From: Nibricoccus sp.
Lineage (GTDB): Bacteria > Verrucomicrobiota > Verrucomicrobiia > Opitutales > Opitutaceae
Assembly: GCA_047602425.1 (NCBI GenBank)
Contig: JASGHG010000001.1
Coordinates: 2,368,001-2,432,000 of the forward strand
DNA: 64,000 bases
Direction of reading: 5' to 3'
Shown piece by piece: positions 19,979-26,124 of the stretch (position 1 is the stretch's first letter; the number at the start of each line of letters is the position of its first letter). The position numbers and the translations under genes were made by a program. The notes beneath the pieces were generated by a model that saw only the letters and a list, made by a program, of their open reading frames with translations, ran no database searches and was not told where the DNA came from.

Positions 19979-20007
19979 AACCCACTTCCCTCAGAAGTGG
20001 GTTTTTT
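19979..20007 (+). terminator. Intrinsic terminator / attenuator hairpin
   Basis: AACCCACTTC-CCTCA-GAAGTGGGTT followed by a T run; identical in copy 2. Confidence 0.8.
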
Positions 20008-20153
20008 CATGCCTGAAAAGCCGCTTCTGGGATCCGAGCAAGACTCGTTTTTCCAAGTTTCAAGCGGCTTCACTGCTGAGCCCAGGTCAATCAGCCAACG
20101 TCCGCACAAAATCCCGCGGCCGTCCAAACCACTCGCAAAGTGATAGGGCCGGA

Positions 20154-20173
20154 GGTGTGTGTTCTTTTTTGCG
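20154..20173. repeat. Left arm of 20-bp inverted repeat bracketing tRNA array 1
   Basis: GGTGTGTGTTCTTTTTTGCG is the exact reverse complement of 24610-24629. Confidence 0.9.
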
Positions 20174-20336
20174 AATGCAGGAGCCGAAACAAGCTCCTGC
20201 ACTAATATATCAAGATGCGGTGCGCTTAGATGGCGTTAAACGGCGATGCCGGCCGCATTTTCAATTTTCCCGCGCACGAGCTAAAGACCGACAGTGTTGT
20301 TATATTTGTTGTGAGGTCACAGCTCCGGCGCGAAAA

Positions 20337-20413
20337 CGCCTTGTCGTCTAACAGCATAGGATCCCGGAATTTCAAACCGAGGGATGGGGGTGCGAATCCC
20401 GTCGAGGCGACCA
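20337..20413 (+). tRNA. tRNA-Glu(UUC)
   Basis: CGCCTTG/CGAGGCG stem, loop ATTTCAA, CCA; weak anticodon stem. Confidence 0.7.
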
Positions 20414-20521
20414 TTTTGTTCGAACAAGCGCCGGTTCTTAGTCCGAGACCGGAGTGCGCAGTCCCCATCGGATTTCCCGCGAGCCAGTCGGCGGCCAATG
20501 CCGGCAGGGGAATATTTCCAT

Positions 20522-20595
20522 GCGTGTGTGGCGTAACAGCAACGTGCCGGTCTGCCAGTCCGGAGTTCCGAGTGCGATCCTCGGCATGCGCACCA
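20522..20595 (+). tRNA. tRNA-Gly(GCC)
   Basis: Cloverleaf, loop CTGCCAG, CCA. Confidence 0.8.
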
Positions 20596-20602
20596 TTTTC
20601 AT

Positions 20603-20693
20603 GCGCCGGTCCCCATAGCAGCGATTGGTCCAGACTTTTAATCTGGAGAGCCGCAACGCTCCAACGGGGGTGCAAGTCCCTCTCGGCGCACCA
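20603..20693 (+). tRNA. tRNA-Lys(UUU) anticodon with long variable arm
   Basis: CCAGA-CTTTTAA-TCTGG, variable arm GAGC-CGCAAC-GCTC, CCA. Confidence 0.75.
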
Positions 20694-20713
20694 ATTTAAT
20701 AGATACAATTTAC

Positions 20714-20791
20714 GCACGTCGAGGGAGCCAGTGAACCCGGCTGCCTGCAAAGCAGTGTTTCAGCACGGTGCGACACCGTGGACGTGCTCCA
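20714..20791 (+). tRNA. tRNA-Cys(GCA)
   Basis: Loop CTGCAAA, U73, CCA. Confidence 0.82.
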
Positions 20792-20799
20792 TTTCATTT

Positions 20800-20874
20800 G
20801 GGGATATGGCCGAGTTAGTAAGGCATCCGCCCTGCAAGCGGACCATGAGGGTGCGAATCCCTCTGTCTCCACCA
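20800..20874 (+). tRNA. tRNA-Ala(UGC)
   Basis: G3:U70 pair, loop CCTGCAA, CCA. Confidence 0.82.
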
Positions 20875-20912
20875 ATCTTTCCCCCGGTTTTGCGCGAGTG
20901 GGCCGGGTTCAA

Positions 20913-20987
20913 GCCTGAGAGGTGTTGATAGATACACGACCGTCTTCCAAGCGGATGTAGCCGGCGCGATACCGGCCTCGGGCACCA
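20913..20987 (+). tRNA. tRNA-Gly(UCC)
   Basis: Loop CTTCCAA, CCA. Confidence 0.78.
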
Positions 20988-20994
20988 TTTTTAT

Positions 20995-21072
20995 AGCAGG
21001 ATGGAGGAGCGGCCGTCCTCACCAGCCTCATAAGCTGCGAGATCGCTGGTTCAAATCCAGCTCCTGCTACCA
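20995..21072 (+). tRNA. tRNA-Met(CAU), initiator-like
   Basis: Loop CTCATAA, canonical GG D-loop and TTCAAAT T-loop, CCA. Confidence 0.82.
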
Positions 21073-21078
21073 TTTCAT

Positions 21079-21153
21079 ACGGACGTGGCAGACAAGCAAT
21101 GCAGCGGTCTCCAAAACCGCCTTATGGGGGAGCGATACCCTCCGTCCGTGCCA
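21079..21153 (+). tRNA. tRNA-Trp(CCA)
   Basis: GCGGT-CTCCAAA-ACCGC, G73, CCA. Confidence 0.82.
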
Positions 21154-21250
21154 ATTTGCAATATGAAGAGTAACACTTCGCCGAGGGCGAAGGACGAGTA
21201 AAAGTCTCGTTGAAGCAATGTGCGGCTCCGCGTTCAGCGGGGCTGTATCT

Positions 21251-21326
21251 GGAGGTTAGGCCGATCTAGTGATGGCACGTGGTTGAAGCCCACGAGAGCG
21301 CGGCGCAAAACCGCGAGCCTCCACCA
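21251..21326 (+). tRNA. tRNA-Phe(GAA)
   Basis: CGTGG-TTGAAGC-CCACG, CCA. Confidence 0.8.
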
Positions 21327-21334
21327 ATTTTCAT

Positions 21335-21410
21335 CGGGGTGTAGCGTAGCAGCCAACGCGCTCGGCTTGGGACCGAAAGATCGCAGGTGCAACTCCTGTC
21401 ATCCCGACCA
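21335..21410 (+). tRNA. tRNA-Pro(UGG)
   Basis: CGGGGTG start, loop CTTGGGA, CCA. Confidence 0.85.
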
Positions 21411-21416
21411 GTTTTC

Positions 21417-21635
21417 CAGGTGTGTGGCCCAGTCAGCGGGGCACCGGCCCGTGACGCCGGGGACGGAGCGAAGCGGAGATGGGGCCGCCGATAAGCGGAG
21501 GGCGTCATCCCCGAGCGTAGCGAGCCAAATGGGTGCAATTGACTCGTATTCGACAAGCGGATACTCGGGCCTTCGGCCCGCACCTGCGGTGCGCCGTTCC
21601 GCGTAGGAACCACGCTCCACCCACCCACCTGACCA
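21417..21635 (+). pseudogene. tRNA-His(GUG) interrupted by two palindromic insertions (21464-21527, 21540-21619)
   Basis: Removing the insertions essentially restores the uninterrupted copy at 58069-58144. Confidence 0.75.
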
Positions 21636-21639
21636 TTTC

Positions 21640-21716
21640 GCTCGTGGAGGCGAAGTAGTCGAGGCAACCCTCTGTCTGAGGGGAGTAAGCCGGTGCGAGT
21701 CCGGTCGCGAGCGCCA
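21640..21716 (+). tRNA. tRNA-Asp(GUC)
   Basis: Loop CTGTCTG, G73, CCA. Confidence 0.75.
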
Positions 21717-21723
21717 ATTCTAT

Positions 21724-21800
21724 CGAGGCGTAGCCAAGCAGCTAAGGCAGCTGGCCTACACCCAGCCATTCCGGGGGTGCAAGTCCCTCCGCCTCGACCA
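21724..21800 (+). tRNA. tRNA-Val(UAC)
   Basis: GCTGG-CCTACAC-CCAGC, CCA. Confidence 0.8.
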
Positions 21801-21806
21801 TTTGAT

Positions 21807-21881
21807 TCTGGAGTAGTTCAGCAGCAGAACGCCTGGCTGTTAACCAGGATGTCGCAGGGGCAGAACCTGCCTCCAGAGCCA
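21807..21881 (+). tRNA. tRNA-Asn(GUU)
   Basis: CCTGG-CTGTTAA-CCAGG, G73, CCA. Confidence 0.85.
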
Positions 21882-21885
21882 TTTT

Positions 21886-21961
21886 CGTCGGCGAGACGGC
21901 CAGTGAAGTCACCTGCCCGACATGCAGGCAACGCTCGGTGCGACACCGAGGCCGACGACCA
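21886..21961 (+). tRNA. tRNA-Val(GAC)
   Basis: CCTGC-CCGACAT-GCAGG, CCA. Confidence 0.75.
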
Positions 21962-22055
21962 TTTCCTTAGTTGTGTCGGAGGATTGGGCACAGCGAGGAG
22001 ATCAACTGGCCCGGCCACAGGCCGGAGACGAGTGCCTCCGCTCCGCCAGCACCAT

Positions 22056-22130
22056 CCGGACGTAGTGTAGCAGCAACATACTCGCCTCGGACGCGAGTGA
22101 CCGAGGGTGCAAATCCCTCCGTCCGGACCA
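22056..22130 (+). tRNA. tRNA-Pro(CGG)
   Basis: CTCGC-CTCGGAC-GCGAG, CCA. Confidence 0.82.
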
Positions 22131-22136
22131 ATTTTT

Positions 22137-22211
22137 TGCGGTGTCGTCTAACACGCAGGACAGCGGACTTTGAATCCGTTTGTGGAGGTGCGAATCCTCC
22201 CGCCGCAGCCA
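22137..22211 (+). tRNA. tRNA-Gln(UUG)
   Basis: GCGGA-CTTTGAA-TCCGT, U1-A72, CCA. Confidence 0.85.
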
Positions 22212-22215
22212 GCCT

Positions 22216-22355
22216 TGGTCACAAGCTTTAATAGTTAAGCCGCCGGCTCTTAACCGGCAGAACTCGGAGCATTTGACTCGCGCATACGCGCTCGGGGCCT
22301 TGCCCCTAACCTGCTGGTTAGCCGCTCCGCGTTGCTCCGCCGAGGCGGCCCACCA
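22216..22355 (+). tRNA. tRNA-Lys(CUU) with 66-nt T-loop insertion (22274-22339)
   Basis: GCCGG-CTCTTAA-CCGGC; T stem CTCGG/CCGAG flanks the insertion. Confidence 0.7.
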
Positions 22356-22356
22356 T

Positions 22357-22433
22357 GGCTCGATGGCGCAGCATGTAGCGCAGCTCCCTCATAACGAGAA
22401 GGTCGCGGGGTGCGAATCCCGCTCGAGCCCCCA
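22357..22433 (+). tRNA. tRNA-Met(CAU), elongator-like
   Basis: GGCTCGA/TCGAGCC stem, loop CTCATAA, CCA. Confidence 0.72.
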
Positions 22434-22440
22434 TTTTCAA

Positions 22441-22528
22441 CGGGACGTGGCAGAGCAGCAAATGCAACGCACTGTAAATGCGTCGGCTTTACAGCCTATC
22501 ACTGGTGCAAGTCCAGTCGGCCCGACCA
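22441..22528 (+). tRNA. tRNA-Tyr(GUA)
   Basis: ACGCA-CTGTAAA-TGCGT, long variable arm, CCA. Confidence 0.85.
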
Positions 22529-22643
22529 CTTTCTCGGTCTCATGGGTGCCAACAACTCATGCTTTTGTCGGTTAAGGTTAAAACCGGCCAGCAGTTCTGG
22601 TGGATCAGAGCAATCGTTAGGTTTTTGCGTAAAAAACCAGTTT

Positions 22644-22719
22644 GCCTCTTAAGCATAGTTAGCGATGCAACTTCTTGGTAAGGAGTAGATGGTCGGCGCA
22701 CATCCGACAGGAGGCTCCA
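22644..22719 (+). tRNA. tRNA-Thr(GGU)
   Basis: Loop TTGGTAA, GCC start, CCA. Confidence 0.8.
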
Positions 22720-22726
22720 ATTTCAT

Positions 22727-22884
22727 GCGAGCGTGGCGGAATAGCATACGCGCCGGCCCGAGATGCCGGTGAGCGCAAGCTCATGAGGGTGCGATTGACT
22801 CGTATTCGACGAGCGAATACTCGGGCCTGCGGCCCATGCCTGACGGCATGCCGTTCCGCTTCGCTTCACCCTTCGTTCGCACCA
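22727..22884 (+). tRNA. tRNA-Leu(GAG) with 73-nt T-loop insertion (22796-22868)
   Basis: CCGGC-CCGAGAT-GCCGG, variable arm, A73, CCA. Confidence 0.72.
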
Positions 22885-22890
22885 ATTTAT

Positions 22891-22980
22891 CGCGGCGTGG
22901 TTGGAATTAGTATACACAGCGGTCTCAAAATCCGCTGGGCTTCAACGCCCGTGCCGGTGCGAGTCCGGTCGCCGCGACCA
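22891..22980 (+). tRNA. tRNA-Leu(CAA)
   Basis: Loop CTCAAAA, variable arm, CCA. Confidence 0.82.
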
Positions 22981-22981
22981 T

Positions 22982-23069
22982 GCGGCTGTGTGTGGAAAAG
23001 TAGACCAGGCGGTTTTAAAAACCGCTGCGCCTCTGGCGCGTGGGCGTGCAAGTCGCCCCAGCCGCACCA
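22982..23069 (+). tRNA. tRNA-Leu(UAA)
   Basis: GCGGT-TTTAAAA-ACCGC, variable arm, CCA. Confidence 0.8.
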
Positions 23070-23078
23070 ATTTGATAT

Positions 23079-23165
23079 CGGCAAGTGATGGAACAAGCAT
23101 ACACGCGAGTCTCAGAAACTCGAGGGCGCGAGCCTGTGCAGGTGCAAATCCTGTCTTGCCGACCA
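23079..23165 (+). tRNA. tRNA-Leu(CAG)
   Basis: CGAGT-CTCAGAA-ACTCG, variable arm, CCA. Confidence 0.82.
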
Positions 23166-23174
23166 TTTTACTAT

Positions 23175-23251
23175 CGCCCTGTCCTCTAACGAGCACAGGA
23201 GACCCGTTTCTCAAATGGGCAATGTGGGTGCAAGTCCCATCGGGGCGACCA
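23175..23251 (+). tRNA. tRNA-Glu(CUC)
   Basis: CCCGT-TTCTCAA-ATGGG, CCA. Confidence 0.8.
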
Positions 23252-23255
23252 TTGA

Positions 23256-23347
23256 CGCCGCGTAGTTCAAAGTGAACCGTCCGCCTTATAAACGGAATCG
23301 CGCTAGATGAGCGCCAGGCCCGGGAGCGTTACCCGGCGCGGCGACCA
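23256..23347 (+). tRNA. tRNA-Ile(UAU) with long variable arm
   Basis: TCCG-C-CTTATAA-A-CGGA, variable arm GCGCT-AGATG-AGCGC, A73, CCA. Confidence 0.72.
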
Positions 23348-23351
23348 ATTT

Positions 23352-23418
23352 GGGGCAGTGAGAACAGGGGTACTTCGTTCGAAACACGTCAAACAACACC
23401 TTGTTCATGTTTCTCCTC
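23352..23418 (+). ncRNA. Short Y-RNA-like motif unit
   Basis: GGCAGTGAG..TACTTCG..TTCTCC, shared with the units upstream of TROVE in copy 2. Confidence 0.55.
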
Positions 23419-23425
23419 AATATAT

Positions 23426-23500
23426 GCCTCTTATGCGTAGTTAGCGACGCGCGGCGCTTGTACCGCTGAAAGGCCGGCGCAAATCCGGCAGGAGGCTCCA
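23426..23500 (+). tRNA. tRNA-Thr(UGU)
   Basis: Loop CTTGTAC, CCA. Confidence 0.8.
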
Positions 23501-23504
23501 ATTT

Positions 23505-23579
23505 CTCCCTGTAGTGAAATAGCTATCACACGGCTCTGCGAAGGCCGAGATCCAGGTGCAAGTCCCGGCAGGGGGACCA
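23505..23579 (+). tRNA. tRNA-Arg(GCG)
   Basis: CGGCT-CTGCGAA-GGCCG, CCA. Confidence 0.78.
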
Positions 23580-23587
23580 TTTTTCAG

Positions 23588-23662
23588 CTCTGCGTGGTGA
23601 AATTATTATCATGTCGTGCTTCGAACGCGTCGTTGTGGCTGGGATTCCCGCCGCAGAGTCCA
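23588..23662 (+). tRNA. tRNA-Arg(UCG)
   Basis: Loop CTTCGAA, CCA; T stem imperfect in this copy. Confidence 0.68.
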
Positions 23663-23704
23663 ATCTCGTTGTATCTATGCCGTGGTTTATTGCGGCGATA
23701 TTTT

Positions 23705-23777
23705 CTCCGCGTGGCCGAGAAGCTCAGGCCTCCGCCTTCTAAGCGGATCGACGCAGGTGCAAATCCTGTCGCGGAGA
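23705..23777 (+). tRNA. tRNA-Arg(UCU)
   Basis: TCCGC-CTTCTAA-GCGGA; no encoded CCA. Confidence 0.8.
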
Positions 23778-23783
23778 CTTTAC

Positions 23784-23874
23784 GGAGGCGAAATCGGACA
23801 AGCGTGCCGACAACCGTTTGAAGCGGTCAGGGCGACTGCGTGTCGCTGGGGAGCATGACCTCTCGCCTCCGCCA
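23784..23874 (+). tRNA. tRNA-Ser(UGA)
   Basis: GGAG start, loop TTTGAAG, variable arm, G73, CCA. Confidence 0.75.
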
Positions 23875-23880
23875 ATCTTT

Positions 23881-23966
23881 GGAGAGTAAAGCCGTGAAGC
23901 GCGGCGACCGGTTGGAAGCCGGCTCGGACCTCCGGGTCTGTGGGGCGGAACCACTGCTCTCCGCCA
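23881..23966 (+). tRNA. tRNA-Ser(GGA)
   Basis: Loop TTGGAAG, variable arm, G73, CCA. Confidence 0.72.
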
Positions 23967-23974
23967 AATTTGAT

Positions 23975-24200
23975 GGAGAGTGAATCCGCCGAGGTGCGGA
24001 CACTGTTTCGACGAAGCGAAGCGGAGATGGATCGACCGAAGGTCGACCCGCAGGGTGAGCGTAGCGAATCAAAGCAGATGGATTGCCGGCACAAAGACTC
24101 CGCTTTGTTCGTCGTGTTGCCCGCGTTGCGGGCGCCCACGCGACTACCCCTCGCTTCGCTCAGGGCTGCGCCATCTTCGTGCTGCGCACTCCGTCCGCCA
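23975..24200 (+). pseudogene. tRNA-Ser(CGA) disrupted by insertions at 24012-24071 and 24106-24193
   Basis: Comparison with the intact copy at 62743-62832. Confidence 0.75.
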
Positions 24201-24204
24201 TCTT

Positions 24205-24278
24205 CCTCGTGTAGCTCAAAAGCAGAGCAATCGGCTGATAACCGATCGACGTCGGAGCGTTACCGAATGCGAGGACCA
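24205..24278 (+). tRNA. tRNA-Ile(GAU)
   Basis: ATCGG-CTGATAA-CCGAT, CCA. Confidence 0.82.
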
Positions 24279-24285
24279 TTTTTTC

Positions 24286-24373
24286 GGAGGGTTAATCCCG
24301 AGAGTCGGAAGCCGCGGTGCTAACGCGTGCGGCGGTGAAAGCCGCTGAGGGGCAGGACCTCAACCCTCCGCCA
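24286..24373 (+). tRNA. tRNA-Ser(GCU)
   Basis: Loop GTGCTAA, variable arm, G73, CCA. Confidence 0.72.
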
Positions 24374-24379
24374 TTTTTC

Positions 24380-24488
24380 ATCGCGTGTGCGATTGACTCG
24401 TTTTCGCTAAAGCGAAACTCGGGGCCTTGCCCCGCACCTGCTGGTGCGCCGCTCCGCGCTCGATGAGCGTTGCGCATGCCCGGCAGCA
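24380..24488 (+). pseudogene. tRNA-Gln(CUG) remnant: 5' half missing, T-loop insertion 24394-24474
   Basis: 3' part matches the intact gene at 63007-63080. Confidence 0.7.
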
Positions 24489-24496
24489 TTTTTCAC

Positions 24497-24571
24497 TCTC
24501 TGCAAGCATAGGCAGCGATGCAGCGGTTTCGTAAACCGCAGAGGCCGGCGCACACCCGGCGCGGAGATCCA
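24497..24571 (+). tRNA. tRNA-Thr(CGU)
   Basis: GCGGT-TTCGTAA-ACCGC, CCA. Confidence 0.8.
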
Positions 24572-24609
24572 GTTTTTCAGTCAGACGGTTTTTGGACTGA
24601 GGAGTTAAA

Positions 24610-24629
24610 CGCAAAAAAGAACACACACC
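24610..24629. repeat. Right arm of inverted repeat bracketing tRNA array 1
   Basis: CGCAAAAAAGAACACACACC. Confidence 0.9.
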
Positions 24630-24691
24630 CACGTTGGCTGAGCTGAGCCCAGCGGAGCTGTGCCATTTTTTAATTTATCCATTTCGTTCCC

Positions 24692-25327
24692 ATGAACACT
24701 AGCATTCTCGATAAACCCATCGTCCTGTCGCTTAACCGCGCCTGGCAGGTGATCGGCCACCGTACCGTGAAGCAGGCTCTCGTAGCTCTTAACGGTGGTT
24801 CGGCTGGTCTACCGCCTGCGCTCGGTCTCGACATTGCCTATCCGAAGCTCGACGACGGTGGTTGGAATTTCGACCGCCCGCTTTTCCTCAATCCACTTCC
24901 GTGGGTTGATTGGATCAATCTGCCGGTTCGTGAATTCGACTTCGTCGTTGCGACGCCGCGGATGCAAATCCGCGTGCCAACCGTTATCATCTCGACGCAA
25001 TATGATCGCATGCCGATTCGGCTTCCGCGGGTCACGCGCCAGGCGATTTTTGAGCGCGATGGTGGTATCTGCCAATACACCGGCGAGTACGTCGGCAAAG
25101 GCGGCGGTAATCTCGATCACGTTGTGCCCCGCGACCGCGGTGGCCGCGACAGCTTCGAGAACCTCGTCTGGGCAAAAAAGGAGATCAACTCGATGAAGGC
25201 TAACCGTCTTCCCCACGAGGCCGGTCTCCGACTGCTCCGCCGTCCGAAAACGCCCGCGCCGTTGCCCGCCGCCGCGGCCATCCGCGAGCCCAAACATCCT
25301 GACTGGCGCCACTTCCTCGCACACTGA
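24692..25327 (+). CDS. HNH endonuclease (copy 1)
   Basis: IFERDGGICQYTG..NLDHVVPRDRGG..NLVWA..N..KAN. Confidence 0.9.
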   Translation: MNTSILDKPIVLSLNRAWQVIGHRTVKQALVALNGGSAGLPPALGLDIAYPKLDDGGWNFDRPLFLNPLPWVDWINLPVREFDFVVATPRMQIRVPTVIISTQYDRMPIRLPRVTRQAIFERDGGICQYTGEYVGKGGGNLDHVVPRDRGGRDSFENLVWAKKEINSMKANRLPHEAGLRLLRRPKTPAPLPAAAAIREPKHPDWRHFLAH

Positions 25328-25396
25328 AACCCTGCGGTGGGGGAGTGGCCCAAGCCGACTCAACGACTTATCGCCTTTTCCGCAGGGCTAACTTCC

Positions 25397-26104
25397 ATGA
25401 ACACCGAATCAACATCTTCCATCGGGATCTCCGATGTCCTCGACATCGTAGATACTGCCCTGGCGACGATCTCCCGTCGTTTGCCGGTCCATGTTGGTCG
25501 TGAAGACTTGGCCACTGTTGGCAAGCTCGCGCTCATATCTGCGCTGGGCCAGTGCAGTGGTTCGGTCAGCGAGGTTCGCGCTTACTGCTTCGTGCGTGTG
25601 CGCGGTGCAATTCTGGACGAACTGCGCCGCCTCGATCCGCTTTCGCGCCGCCGCCGTGAACAAGTGACGGCGGTTGTTCGCGCCCAGGCAGAACTGAGCG
25701 CGCGCTTCAGCCGTGCAGCCACGCGGGCTGAAATCGCGGTGGCGACAAAACTGTCCATTGCCGAGGTCGCGGCCGTGCAGCACATGCTCGCTCAGGAATC
25801 GGAGTTTTCAGAAACGGAATTGGACATGTTGCCGGACACGGTAGCGCCAACGCCGGCTGAAACTTCTGAAACCGAGGACCTGCGTTTAAATCTGCGTGGC
25901 GCACTTCAACGGCTGTCAGGCAACCAGGCAGCGGTTCTGTACCGCTATTACTTCGATGAAGTGACGCTCGATGTAATCGCGGCCGAGATGGGCCTCTCGA
26001 AAGAGCGTGTCCGTCAGATCCGCGACGCCGGTGAGAAAAAACTCCGTGCTGACTTCATCGTCCTGTCGATCTGGCAGTCACTCTTTAATCACAGCCGGGA
26101 TTAG
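25397..26104 (+). CDS. Sigma-70 family sigma factor (FliA/WhiG-like)
   Basis: RVRGAILDELRRLD, region 4 TLDVIAAEMGLSKERVRQI. Confidence 0.85.
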   Translation: MNTESTSSIGISDVLDIVDTALATISRRLPVHVGREDLATVGKLALISALGQCSGSVSEVRAYCFVRVRGAILDELRRLDPLSRRRREQVTAVVRAQAELSARFSRAATRAEIAVATKLSIAEVAAVQHMLAQESEFSETELDMLPDTVAPTPAETSETEDLRLNLRGALQRLSGNQAAVLYRYYFDEVTLDVIAAEMGLSKERVRQIRDAGEKKLRADFIVLSIWQSLFNHSRD

Positions 26105-26124
26105 TCATCCCGGCTGCTTTGCTC

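Larger units (their letters stand above)
18560..25411. repeat. Copy 1 of duplicated LysR-leader-tRNA array-HNH-sigma module
   Basis: Colinear, highly similar sequence to 55119-64000, beginning CCAAAGAACGAACAGATCGTGG. Confidence 0.92.

Noticed and set aside
20337..20413. tRNA-Sec or opal suppressor (TCA within TTTCAAA)
   Set aside because: The loop register and Glu-type D arm support UUC; there is no long variable arm.
21158..21220. Hammerhead ribozyme (ATGAAGAG..GAA)
   Set aside because: Lacks the CUGANGA/GAAA core with the required stems.
20200..24640. Many 60-230 aa ORFs over the tRNA arrays (also 56500-63350)
   Set aside because: They overlap tRNA genes and show no protein motifs; chance ORFs in GC-rich RNA genes.
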